A DNA stretch of 64,000 nt from a virus. The first letter of the stretch is position 1, and each line of letters begins with the position of its first letter. The stretch spans positions 2,387-66,386 of the IMG/VR virus record IMGVR_UViG_3300005534_000013. One strand, 5' to 3'. The position numbers were made by a program, and so were the translations under genes. Below, in pieces: positions 36,528 through 45,427 of this stretch. The notes below the pieces were generated by a model. It saw only the letters and a list, made by a program, of their open reading frames with translations. It had not been told where the DNA came from and did no database searches.

Positions 36528-37973
36528 ATGCCGACGAACGTCCCGGCCCCGACCTTCGGCCCCACGGGTTTCGTCGTTCCGCCCGATAGCGCGATCCTCG
36601 CCGGGGTCTCGGCCGACATCAATGCGGCGTTCGGGGGCAACCTCAACCTCGCGCCCGAGACACCCCAGGGCCAGCTCGCGGCCAGCTTCACCGCGGTGAT
36701 CTCGGACTGCTACGCGAACTTCCTCCTCTACACGCAGCTCGTCGACCCCGCGTTCTCCTCCGGCCGGATGCAGGACGCGATCGCGCGCATCTACTTCCTC
36801 ACCCGTCTCCCGGCCCAGGCGACTGCGGTGACTTGCACGTGCGTGGGGCTCCAGAACACCGTCATCCCCACGGGGGCGCTCGCCCAGGCGCAGGACGGGA
36901 ACATCTACTCGTGCACCGGCGGGGGGACGATCCCCGTCGGGGGCTCGATCAGCCTGCAGTTCGCCTGCGTGACCAGCGGGCCGATTCCCTGCCCGGCCAA
37001 CACCCTGACCTCGATCTATCGCGCGATCCCGGGGTGGGACACGATCAACAACCCCAGCGCCGGCGTCGTGGGCTCGAACGTCGAGACCCGGGCGGCCTTC
37101 GAGTTGCGCCGCGAGCAGACCGTCGAGGCAAACTCGGTGACGATGATCGGCTCGATCATCGGCGCGGTCGCGCAGGTCCCGGGCGTCCTCGATTACTACG
37201 GGTATGACAACGCCACGGCGGCTCCGGTGACGATTCAGGGCCAGACGATCGCCGCGAACTCGATCTACATCTGCGTCGCCGGCGGCGTCGCCCTCGCGGT
37301 CGCGCAGGCGATCCTCTCGAAGAAGGGGCCGGGTTGCGCCTATACGGGCTCGACCACCGTCACGGCGTTCGACTCCAATCCCCTCTTCTCGGCGCCGATC
37401 GCCTATTCGGTGAGCTTCCAGATCCCGACCACGCTCGACATCGTGTTCGCGGTCTCGATCAAGAATTCCTCCGCAGTGCCCTCGAACGCCGTGGCGCTGA
37501 TCCAGGGCGCGATCGCGAACACCTTCGCGGGCATCTCGGCCGACCTCGATGACGTCGCGACCCTGAGCACCAAGGCCAGGATCGGCGCGACCCTCTACGC
37601 CTCCGACTACATGCCGAACATCGCGGCCCTGGGGGCGTGGGCCAGGGTGATCTCCATCGGGATCGGGTCGAAGAACACCACCGCGGCGGTCGTCACGGGC
37701 TCGATCGCCGCCACCACGATGACGGTGACCGCGGTCACGTCCGGCACTCTCGCGGTCGGTCAGCAGGTCAGCGGCACGGGAGTGTCGCCCGGGACCTTCA
37801 TCACCGCCCTGGGGACCGGGACGGGCGGGACCGGGACCTATACGGTGGGGATTTCGCAGACCGTGGGCTCCGAGACCCTGACGGCGGTCGCGCCGAGCCT
37901 CACCAACCTCACGGTCAACATCAACCAGATCCCCTCCTACACGCCGGCGAACACGGTCGTGACCTTTGTCTGA
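36528..37973 (+). CDS. baseplate J-like protein
   Basis: ETPQGQL...[12 protein letters not shown]...[10 protein letters not shown]. Confidence 0.85.
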   Translation: MPTNVPAPTFGPTGFVVPPDSAILAGVSADINAAFGGNLNLAPETPQGQLAASFTAVISDCYANFLLYTQLVDPAFSSGRMQDAIARIYFLTRLPAQATAVTCTCVGLQNTVIPTGALAQAQDGNIYSCTGGGTIPVGGSISLQFACVTSGPIPCPANTLTSIYRAIPGWDTINNPSAGVVGSNVETRAAFELRREQTVEANSVTMIGSIIGAVAQVPGVLDYYGYDNATAAPVTIQGQTIAANSIYICVAGGVALAVAQAILSKKGPGCAYTGSTTVTAFDSNPLFSAPIAYSVSFQIPTTLDIVFAVSIKNSSAVPSNAVALIQGAIANTFAGISADLDDVATLSTKARIGATLYASDYMPNIAALGAWARVISIGIGSKNTTAAVVTGSIAATTMTVTAVTSGTLAVGQQVSGTGVSPGTFITALGTGTGGTGTYTVGISQTVGSETLTAVAPSLTNLTVNINQIPSYTPANTVVTFV

Positions 37974-38542
37974 TGCAGAACGTCGCCCAGACCGTCATCA
38001 GCCAGTACGCGGAATCGCCGATCATCAACGCGCTGATCGCGGACATGAACGCCTGGGTCGACCCCCAGGCGGACCTCACGGCGTTCTACAACGACATCTG
38101 GAACATCAACACCGCGCAGGGCTACGGGCTCGACGTCTGGGGCCGGATCCTCGGCGTCACCCGGGTGGTCCAGATCCCCACCGCCGGCTTGGTCTTCGGC
38201 TTCCAGCAGCAGGTGGCGGGCGGGGACATCGACACCTTCGGGTTCGCGAACTTCGCCGGCTCGGGCGCCAACCAGAACTACTCGCTCTCCGACGCCCAGT
38301 TCCGCCTCCTGCTCCTCGCCAAGGCGGCGACGAACATCAGCTCGGGCTCGATCCCCGCGATCAACGCGATCCTCCTCGCCCTCTTCCCCGGCCGGGGTGA
38401 CGTCTACGTGACCGACGGGGAGAACATGACGATGACCTACCACTTCACCTTCAGCCTTTCGATTGTGGAGCTGGCGATCATCGGGCAGTCTGGCGTCCTG
38501 CCGAAGCCGGTAGGAGTCGCGGCCTCAGTCGTGCATCCGTAG
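37973..38542 (+). CDS. baseplate wedge protein (DUF2612-like)
   Basis: ISQYAESP...TAQGYGLDVWGRILGV...LPKPVGV. Confidence 0.82.
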   Translation: MQNVAQTVISQYAESPIINALIADMNAWVDPQADLTAFYNDIWNINTAQGYGLDVWGRILGVTRVVQIPTAGLVFGFQQQVAGGDIDTFGFANFAGSGANQNYSLSDAQFRLLLLAKAATNISSGSIPAINAILLALFPGRGDVYVTDGENMTMTYHFTFSLSIVELAIIGQSGVLPKPVGVAASVVHP

Positions 38543-38550
38543 GAAGAACC

Positions 38551-39486
38551 GTGCTCGCATCCTCGATCCCCGTCAAAACCTCCGAACCCTGGGCCGCCGG
38601 CGCGGGCGGGGGTTTCATCCGCACGGTCCCGATCCCTTCGCAGATTGGGATCACGCCTGGCGCCGCCTCGTGGACCGACGGCTTCCCGCCCCTGCTCTTC
38701 ACCTCGGTGACGGCGGGCGGCCAGGCGGTCGACGGCCGGGACATGAATGGGGTGCTGAACGAGATCAGCCTCTGGCTCCAGTGGGAGCAGGCCGGCGGGG
38801 GCGTGCCCCTCTACGACAGCGCGTTCTCGACCGCGATCGGGGGCTATCCGAGCGGCGCAGTCCTGCGCTCGACCACCGCGGGCAAGTTCTGGGTCTCGAC
38901 GGCGGACAACAACACGAACAACCCCGACGTGACGCCGACCAACTGGACGGCCGTTGGGGTCGGGATGACGGTCGGGGGCGATCTCACCGGCACGCTCCCC
39001 AATCCCACGATCGCCGCCGGCGCGGTGACGGGGACCAAGACCGCCAACGCCACGATCACGAACGCCAATCTCGCCAACATGGCGGCCGCGACCCTGAAGG
39101 GGAACAACACCGGGGGCTCGGGTCCGCCCTTGGACCTCAGCGTCGCCCAGGCGCTCGCGATGCTGGGGCTGACGTTCGTCGGCTCCCTGACGTCGCCGGG
39201 CTACATCTCGCTCTTCGGCCTCATCCTCCAATGGGGCACGACGCCGCCGATTTCGCAGAACGGTGGCACGTATTCTTTGAGCTTCCCGACGGCGTTCCCG
39301 ACCTCGTGCCTCTGGGCCGGCGTCGCGAGCAACATCAATCCCACGGGCGGGATCAGCACTGCGTTCGACGCGTGGCCCCAGACGGTGAGCAAATCCACCA
39401 CCGGGATGTCGGTCATCCAGCAGTCGACGAACGCCAACGCGGACGGCCAGACCTACGCGGTCAACTGGCTCGCGATCGGATACTGA
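38551..39486 (+). CDS. tail fibre protein
   Basis: ASWTDGFPP...DMNGVL...IGGYP.GA; C-terminal GLILQWG...FPTAFP...WLAIGY. Confidence 0.82.
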   Translation: MLASSIPVKTSEPWAAGAGGGFIRTVPIPSQIGITPGAASWTDGFPPLLFTSVTAGGQAVDGRDMNGVLNEISLWLQWEQAGGGVPLYDSAFSTAIGGYPSGAVLRSTTAGKFWVSTADNNTNNPDVTPTNWTAVGVGMTVGGDLTGTLPNPTIAAGAVTGTKTANATITNANLANMAAATLKGNNTGGSGPPLDLSVAQALAMLGLTFVGSLTSPGYISLFGLILQWGTTPPISQNGGTYSLSFPTAFPTSCLWAGVASNINPTGGISTAFDAWPQTVSKSTTGMSVIQQSTNANADGQTYAVNWLAIGY

Positions 39487-39487
39487 G

Positions 39488-39790
39488 ATGATCTATTGGT
39501 CTCCCCGCACCGGCGGCTTCTACCACGACGAGGTGCACGGCCCGAAGTTCTCGAACATCTGGGTCGAGGTCGAGCCCGGGGTTCCGGCGACCGAGGACGA
39601 ACCCGAGGTCCCGCCGGTCTTTGAGTTACGTCCGATCCTGGTCACACCGAGCACGATCCCCGATGATGCGGTGCAGATCACCGAAGCGCAGTGGATGGCG
39701 CGCCTGCGGGCCGAGATCGACGATGAGGCCTGGGAGACGCTGGTCAGCGAAATCCAGTCCAAGGAGGAGAAAGCCGATGCCGATCATTGA
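39488..39790 (+). CDS. putative tail fibre assembly protein
   Basis: YWSPRTGGFY..EVHG...IPDDAVQIT; follows the fibre gene. Confidence 0.65.
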   Translation: MIYWSPRTGGFYHDEVHGPKFSNIWVEVEPGVPATEDEPEVPPVFELRPILVTPSTIPDDAVQITEAQWMARLRAEIDDEAWETLVSEIQSKEEKADADH

Positions 39791-40025
39791 TCCGAACTTC
39801 CCGGCGCCGACGAGCGAGGAGGACGTGATCGCGTTGCTGGCGATCGGCGGCGTCGAGTGCATCAAGCCCTCGATGGAGTGGCTGGAGGCTAATCACCCCG
39901 AGTGGGCTCACACGTTGAAGCGCATCCATCGGGAACTCGAAGATGCCGGCTACGCTTTGCAAGAACTGCTGGGACAACCGGAGGGGAAGTTCGGGGCGGG
40001 GGGCGGAGGAAAGCCAACGTGGTAG
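39777..40025 (+). CDS. hypothetical protein
   Basis: GGAGGAG RBS; MPIIDPNF... Confidence 0.55.
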   Translation: MPIIDPNFPAPTSEEDVIALLAIGGVECIKPSMEWLEANHPEWAHTLKRIHRELEDAGYALQELLGQPEGKFGAGGGGKPTW

Positions 40026-40027
40026 CC

Positions 40028-40516
40028 ATGGACATTCTCACCGATCCCCTCTTCGCGATGGTCTTCTATGGCTCGTGCGTGCTGATCGCATTCGGTCTCG
40101 CCTGGGCGAGCTCCAATGCCGCCTTGGCGCGGCTCGGGTTCATCGCGGGCGCGCACTGGATCGTCTACGAGGGCCTCTTGCTGAGCGGCTGGGACAACCC
40201 GGTCCTGATCGTCGCGATGTCATCGGCCGCCGCGGCGCTGAGTGCGTGGCTGGGCTGGGGGGCGCGATATGTCGCAGTCGCGACCGCGGCGCTCTGGATC
40301 GCCGCCGCCCTCATCGCGACGGCGTTTTTCTATTACGGGGCGCAGAAATCGATGACGTGCTACCTTCTGTTGAATGCGACCTTCATGGGAAGGATGTTCG
40401 TTCTTGGGGGCGCCGGGATCGGTGAACTGGCTGGCTGGGATGGGCATCTGCTCCATGGCCATTCTGTCCGCGGTCATGGCCATGCGGGAACTCCTCCGCC
40501 TCGTTCGCGAACGTAG
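40028..40516 (+). CDS. multi-pass membrane protein
   Basis: 4-5 hydrophobic segments. Confidence 0.65.
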   Translation: MDILTDPLFAMVFYGSCVLIAFGLAWASSNAALARLGFIAGAHWIVYEGLLLSGWDNPVLIVAMSSAAAALSAWLGWGARYVAVATAALWIAAALIATAFFYYGAQKSMTCYLLLNATFMGRMFVLGGAGIGELAGWDGHLLHGHSVRGHGHAGTPPPRSRT

Positions 40517-40530
40517 GGAAGAGCGCAGAA

Positions 40531-40818
40531 GTGGGCGCACCCGCATCCCCCGCATCAGGCGTTAGCCGCCTGTCGCTGTTCTTCGCCGCGCTCACCGCGG
40601 CGGCGGTGCTCGGCGGCCCGGTGATCGGCCTGATCCTCAAGGTCAACACCATCGACGATCGCCAGCAGGCGAATCTCTTGCGCATCGAGAAGCTGGAGAC
40701 TCGCCAGTATCAGGCCGATGGCGAGGCTATGGCGCGCATAACGGCGGACGCGGATCAGAGCCGACGCATCTCGATCCTCGAGCACGCGATGTGCCAGCAC
40801 GACCGCTCCTTCTGCTGA
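40531..40818 (+). CDS. N-terminal TM + coiled-coil protein (lysis region)
   Basis: hydrophobic N-terminus, heptad-like body, C-terminal Cys pair. Confidence 0.55.
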   Translation: MGAPASPASGVSRLSLFFAALTAAAVLGGPVIGLILKVNTIDDRQQANLLRIEKLETRQYQADGEAMARITADADQSRRISILEHAMCQHDRSFC

Positions 40819-40833
40819 GAGCCGGGGGGTGAC

Positions 40834-41205
40834 GTGGCCGAAAGCGAATGGACCCTTGCCACGCTGAAAGAGCATTTGGTCGCTCTACGGGCCGACGATC
40901 AGCGCGCCATTCAGATGGCGCTGGACGCCGCAGAGAGGGCGGTCGCGAAGGCGGAAATCGCGACAGAGCGCCGACTTGAAGGGCTGAATGAGCTCCGGGG
41001 ATTGCTCAGCGACCAGCAGGCCAAGTTCGCGACGTCGGAAGTCATCGACGCCAAGTTCAGCGCCTTCGAGGCCCGGCTGCGATTGGTCGAGGGGGCGAAC
41101 TCCGCCGCCGTGGGTCGGTCCGGTCTTTCGACTTCGCTACTCGTTGTCATGGCCAGCGGAGTCGCGGGGACCATCGGCGCACTGATCGGGCATTTCGTGA
41201 AGTGA
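40834..41205 (+). CDS. coiled-coil protein with C-terminal TM (lysis region)
   Basis: AAERAVAKAEIATERRLEGLNELRG; hydrophobic C-terminus. Confidence 0.65.
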   Translation: MAESEWTLATLKEHLVALRADDQRAIQMALDAAERAVAKAEIATERRLEGLNELRGLLSDQQAKFATSEVIDAKFSAFEARLRLVEGANSAAVGRSGLSTSLLVVMASGVAGTIGALIGHFVK

Positions 41206-41273
41206 GCATGGCGCTCGGATGGGCCGCACACCTGAAGTCGTGCTAGATGGGGGCCCCGCAAGGAGATTCTCCG

Positions 41274-41447
41274 ATGATCCTGATCCTCTTCACGCTCTTG
41301 GTCCTCCTCGGCTTCATCTTCCGCTTTGCCGCGACCTTCCCGGTGCCGGCGATCATCATCCGCTTGGCCTGGGGCTGCTGGCTCGGCGCGGCGATCCTCT
41401 GGGCGTTCACGAGCAGCGGCCTCCACGTCGCGGCACACGGAGCCTGA
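41274..41447 (+). CDS. small two-TM membrane protein
   Basis: AAGGAG RBS; hydrophobic. Confidence 0.55.
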   Translation: MILILFTLLVLLGFIFRFAATFPVPAIIIRLAWGCWLGAAILWAFTSSGLHVAAHGA

Positions 41448-41449
41448 CG

Positions 41450-41617
41450 ATGCTTCTCCTGATCATCGTTCTGCTCCTCCTCTTCGGCATCGGCGGCGGC
41501 TATTGGGGCCAACAGCGGGGCTACTACGGCGGCGGAGGGTTCGGGGGGATCGTCGGGCTGGTTCTGCTCGTCATCGTCCTCCCGTGGCTATTCGGCGGCC
41601 ACCTAGGGCGCTTGTAG
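41450..41617 (+). CDS. small Gly-rich membrane protein (DUF3309-like)
   Basis: MLLLIIVLLLLFGIGGGYWG...GGIVGLVLLVIV. Confidence 0.65.
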   Translation: MLLLIIVLLLLFGIGGGYWGQQRGYYGGGGFGGIVGLVLLVIVLPWLFGGHLGRL

Positions 41618-41621
41618 TCGG

Positions 41622-42005
41622 ATGGCCGATACGCCCGGGCCGCCGAACCCCGAACCCGGCACCGCCTCGCGGACGAGCGTCGCGGCGATCGTGACCTACT
41701 GCCTGCTCGGGACCTGGGCCCTAATGGTCTTCGGCCTCTTCACGCTCGTGTGGTTCCAGGTCGCGATCGACAGCACCCAGATGGCGCTCATCGGCGCGGT
41801 GTTCGGGACCGAGCAGACGCTGCTCGTGGCTGCGGTGACCTTCTGGGTCGGGAGCACCCAGGGGGCGAAGGCGCTTGGGGATGCGATGGCGCAGAGCGCC
41901 GCCAAGGCGCAGGGCGTGGTCGCGGCCGTGGCGGCGTCTAAACCCGGTGTCGTCGCTCCAGAGGCCGAGGTCGATCCTTTCAAGATCAAGGAGCCGGGAT
42001 CATGA
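41622..42005 (+). CDS. putative holin
   Basis: two TM helices then FWVGSTQG; overlaps endolysin start. Confidence 0.6.
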   Translation: MADTPGPPNPEPGTASRTSVAAIVTYCLLGTWALMVFGLFTLVWFQVAIDSTQMALIGAVFGTEQTLLVAAVTFWVGSTQGAKALGDAMAQSAAKAQGVVAAVAASKPGVVAPEAEVDPFKIKEPGS

Positions 42006-42709
42006 GCGGGTTCGCGGGTTTCGACGTCTCGGCCTATCCGGGCGATGACGTCATGAAGGCGCTGAAGGCGAAGTCCAACTTCAGCTGGTGTGGATTTTAC
42101 CTCGGTCCGGCGCCGAGCCACGGCGAGAGCGACTGGATGAGCAAGCGGACCACGCTCCGCAAACAAGGCTGGGGTCTGGCGCCCGTCTACGTGGGCTCGC
42201 AGACCGGCGGTCCGGGTGTGCACGACGACAGCGGGATGCAGGGGCAGCTCGACGGCCGCCAGTGCGCTTTCCTCATGGGCGCGGCCGGCCTCGCGCCGGG
42301 TCGCGTGGTCTTCATTGATCTCGAGAACGGCCTGCCGATGACGTCGCCCGAGACCGCCTATCTCGAGGGCTGGGCCGAGAATGTCGTCGCGGCCGGGTAC
42401 GCCGTGGGCGTCTACTGCTCCCACACGATGGCGCCGGCGGTCGCGGGAGGGATCCGCGCGGTGGCAGCGAAGGCCCAAGCGGCCGAGCGTGCTCTGCTCC
42501 TGGATGCCGAGGGCAAGCCGCGGCTCTGGTGCTGGAAGATCCCGCACAACCCCTTCGGGCCGCCCTACAGCACCGATGCGCCCGCGGGCTGCGGATACCC
42601 GGACGCCGTGGCCTGGCAGCACGATCAGAACGTCGAGGTTACCATCGGGGGCTTCACCGTGGTCGTGGATCTCAACACCTCGCTGACCCACGATCCGAGC
42701 GATCCCTGA
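42002..42709 (+). CDS. endolysin, DUF1906/GH25-like glycoside hydrolase
   Basis: GFDVSAYP, GFYL, PVYVG, VFIDLE, GVYC, AWQ, VDLN. Confidence 0.8.
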   Translation: MSGFAGFDVSAYPGDDVMKALKAKSNFSWCGFYLGPAPSHGESDWMSKRTTLRKQGWGLAPVYVGSQTGGPGVHDDSGMQGQLDGRQCAFLMGAAGLAPGRVVFIDLENGLPMTSPETAYLEGWAENVVAAGYAVGVYCSHTMAPAVAGGIRAVAAKAQAAERALLLDAEGKPRLWCWKIPHNPFGPPYSTDAPAGCGYPDAVAWQHDQNVEVTIGGFTVVVDLNTSLTHDPSDP

Positions 42710-42822
42710 CGACTCGGTCTAGCGTCGGCCTTGGCGGCAATCCCGCCGCCGAGATGCGAAGGCGATCGCCATAGGGCTCACCCGCGAGGGAACACCGCAG
42801 AACGTGAATCGTGAATTGCCTG

Positions 42823-42857
42823 AAGCGGCGGAGCCCCTCCCGAGCCCCGCCGCTTTT
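42823..42857 (+). terminator. intrinsic terminator after the late operon
   Basis: AAGCGGCGG...CCGCCGCTTTT stem with short U tract. Confidence 0.65.
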
Positions 42858-42898
42858 GCGTTCGGGCGCCCTGGCCGACTCGGCTCAGCCTCGGCGGC

Positions 42899-43159
42899 GT
42901 GGCGGAAATCTTCCTGCATCTTGAGATCGAGACCGACCTCCTCGACGACGCGATCGCCGAGCTCGTGCGTATCCACCAGGCGCTCGCATATCGCCACGGT
43001 GACGCCTTCCGAGCGCTGGATCGGCGCATCGAAGAGATCGCGGAGGGCGGACTGCCAGAGGCTCCGATGCTCGAATCCCTCGGCGGCGGACGCTTCGTCG
43101 CGATCCCGCCGGCGGCGCTACTGGCGCTTATCGCCGAAGCGGTGATCCTCGGTGTCTAA
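42899..43159 (+). CDS. hypothetical protein
   Basis: 86-aa ORF. Confidence 0.45.
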   Translation: MAEIFLHLEIETDLLDDAIAELVRIHQALAYRHGDAFRALDRRIEEIAEGGLPEAPMLESLGGGRFVAIPPAALLALIAEAVILGV

Positions 43160-43521
43160 AAGGCATTTTGCCCGGGCACATAGGCCCGCGGACCCGCGGC
43201 GCGCGGTCGTCCCGCGCAGGCGATCTGGGCGAGCTCACCCACGACAGAGCGCGGCGGCGCATCGAAGACGTCTTCCGGATCATCGAAGTCTGAGAAGTGG
43301 CCTCGGCAATCGAAGAAGAGGTGACGCGGCGGCGACAAGTCCCCGACGATCACAAACGCCGCGACTGCGCCGCTCTGCAGCGGCTCGAGGTCGCCGGTAT
43401 CGATCTTGAACATCTCGCCGGTGGCCGAGGTGATGCCGCGCCACACGGGACGGATGGGCGAGGCGCCCGCGGTCGGAATCCCGACCACGGCGGCAAAAGC
43501 CGCAATCAAGAACAGGCGCAT
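43156..43521 (-). CDS. secreted hypothetical protein
   Basis: signal peptide MRLFLIAAFAAVVGIPTAGA; 2 Cys. Confidence 0.6.
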   Translation of the reverse strand: MRLFLIAAFAAVVGIPTAGASPIRPVWRGITSATGEMFKIDTGDLEPLQSGAVAAFVIVGDLSPPRHLFFDCRGHFSDFDDPEDVFDAPPRSVVGELAQIACAGRPRAAGPRAYVPGQNAF

Positions 43522-43527
43522 GGAAAC

Positions 43528-43818
43528 CTAGTGGAGGAAGGTCGCGCTCGGCGCCGGCGGTTCGGTGGCTGTCGGGGCTGGCGCCGGCGTAGGCGCTGGG
43601 GCGGGCGCGGGAGGAACGAACCTGCCGGGGCAATCGACCGAGCCCTGGGCCTGGGCGCCAGTGGCGAGCACCTGGCCACCGACAGCGAAATTCAAAGTCA
43701 AATGACAATTATCCCTCTGCGTGAGGGTCGTCATCAGATGATCGAAGTTGTTCGTCCCCGTGGTCGAGCAGGCCCCGAGGCCGAGAAGAAGTGTCGCGAG
43801 CAGCGCGGCGCGGATCAT
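43528..43818 (-). CDS. lipoprotein with Pro-rich tail
   Basis: lipobox LGAC after MIRAALLATLLLG. Confidence 0.7.
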   Translation of the reverse strand: MIRAALLATLLLGLGACSTTGTNNFDHLMTTLTQRDNCHLTLNFAVGGQVLATGAQAQGSVDCPGRFVPPAPAPAPTPAPAPTATEPPAPSATFLH

Positions 43819-43971
43819 GGGTTTTGCCCCTTGGGCTGACTTCACGACACCGTGCGCCCGCTCGCCGTCTCCGTCTAGCGAAAATCTACAATGCGGCGCT
43901 CTAGCGCGCTTGCAACGGTCACGATAGCGCGCACATGCTGGGCGAGTTCACTCCAGCATCTGAGTCTCGCC

Positions 43972-45357
43972 ATGGTCTTAGCCCCGTCGCCCCGGGTCGC
44001 GTTCGCCACGACCTGCCGCGGCCGCCGCGCTCATCTCGAAGAAACTCTACCCAGGAACCTTCAGGACAACCCCAACGCCCGGTTCGTGCTGGTCGACTAC
44101 GGGAGCGAGGACGGGCTGGCGGACTACGTCGTCGAACGCCACCGGGGCGACATCGAGTCGGGCCAGCTGGGCTACTACCGCACCGAGGCCCCGTACTTCC
44201 GCATGGCCCATGCGAAGAACATGGCGCATCGGATCGCGATCTGCGAAGGCGGGGATATCCTCGTGAACCTCGACGCCGACAACTTCACCGGCCCGGGCTT
44301 CGCCTCCTATCTGGTGGACAAGTTCCAGGAGGCCGACGCCGAGGGCGAGGCGATCTTCATGCGCGCTCGGGAGTCCCACACGGGGCCCGGGCCCGGCGCG
44401 GAGGAGCGGATGCCATGGGGATGCGGCGGCCGGATCGCGGTGACGCGGCAGGCTTTCCTGCAGGCCGGGGGCTATGATGAGGCGTTCGTTCACTGGAGTC
44501 CGGATGACAAGGACTTCTGCCAGCGCCTCCAGCGCCTCGGCTGGTCCCGCTGGGGCATCCGGCGCGAGTTCCTCCGCTCGGTGCCCCATGGGGACGAGGT
44601 GCGGTTCGCGAGCCAGGTCCCCGGCGCTCCGCAGTCCATGGGCGATACTGGCGCCGCCTTCACCCTGCGCGGCCGCGAGCAGATGACGGTCGCGAACTGG
44701 GGGCAGATCGGTCTCGGGGAGGTCCGGGGTCTGGCGGGTGAGCCGGTGGAGATCGGCCCCGTGCCCACGCGGGTCTTCGGCCTGGGGATGCAGAAGACGG
44801 CCACGACCTCGCTCGCTGCGGCGCTGCGGATCCTGGGCTTCGACTGCGCGCACTGGGAGTCGCCCCAGTGGGCCCGCTACATCGTCAATCAGTTCGGCTG
44901 GGGCCGGCGTTCCCCGACCCTGGAGGCCTACTACTGCGCCGTCGACTTGCCCGTGCCGGTGTTCTTCCGCGAGCTCGACCGCGCCTATCCGGGCTCGAAG
45001 TTCATTCTCACGATCCGCGATGAGATCGAGTGGCTGCGCTCGGCTCGTCAGCACTGGGAGCGCTTCTATCACCGCGACTGGGAGTTCGACGGCTACTCCC
45101 ACGAGATGCACGAGCGCATGTACGGGCAGCGGGAGTTCGACGCCCTGGTGTTCCTGGAGCGCTACCGTCGGCACAATGCCGAGGTCAGGGAGTGGTTCTC
45201 GTGGCGGCCGAACGATCTGCTCGTGATGGATATGAGCGCCGGCGCGGGCTGGCCAGAACTCGCTGGCTTCCTCGGGACGCCGATCCCCTCGGCGCCCTAT
45301 CCGCGGGAGTTCGCGACGCCGAGGGCGCGCCGGGAGCCGGGCTGCTATCCGGAATAG
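43972..45357 (+). CDS. GT-A glycosyltransferase fused to sulfotransferase-family domain
   Basis: LVDYGSEDG, NLDAD, GGYDE..W..DDKD (GT2/GT7C-like); VFGLGMQKTATTSL, YPGSKFILTIRD..WLRS, GWPEL..FLG (sulfotransferase-like). Confidence 0.82.
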   Translation: MVLAPSPRVAFATTCRGRRAHLEETLPRNLQDNPNARFVLVDYGSEDGLADYVVERHRGDIESGQLGYYRTEAPYFRMAHAKNMAHRIAICEGGDILVNLDADNFTGPGFASYLVDKFQEADAEGEAIFMRARESHTGPGPGAEERMPWGCGGRIAVTRQAFLQAGGYDEAFVHWSPDDKDFCQRLQRLGWSRWGIRREFLRSVPHGDEVRFASQVPGAPQSMGDTGAAFTLRGREQMTVANWGQIGLGEVRGLAGEPVEIGPVPTRVFGLGMQKTATTSLAAALRILGFDCAHWESPQWARYIVNQFGWGRRSPTLEAYYCAVDLPVPVFFRELDRAYPGSKFILTIRDEIEWLRSARQHWERFYHRDWEFDGYSHEMHERMYGQREFDALVFLERYRRHNAEVREWFSWRPNDLLVMDMSAGAGWPELAGFLGTPIPSAPYPREFATPRARREPGCYPE

Positions 45358-45360
45358 ACA

Positions 45361-45385
45361 AGGCCCCAGGTCATCCCTGGGGCCT
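45361..45385. terminator. hairpin between convergent operons
   Basis: perfect 10-bp stem AGGCCCCAGG-TCATC-CCTGGGGCCT; no clear U tract. Confidence 0.6.
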
Positions 45386-45427
45386 CCGTCTTATCGTGCC
45401 GACGTCTGGGTCGATTCTGATCTGGCC

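Noticed and set aside
38551-39486. Diversity-generating retroelement or invertible fibre cassette
   Set aside because: No reverse transcriptase, recombinase or template/variable repeat pair was seen.
42690-42775. HDV-like ribozyme suggested by a GG-stem-GCGAA arrangement
   Set aside because: I could not find the P1 5' strand or a P1.1-compatible L3 loop.
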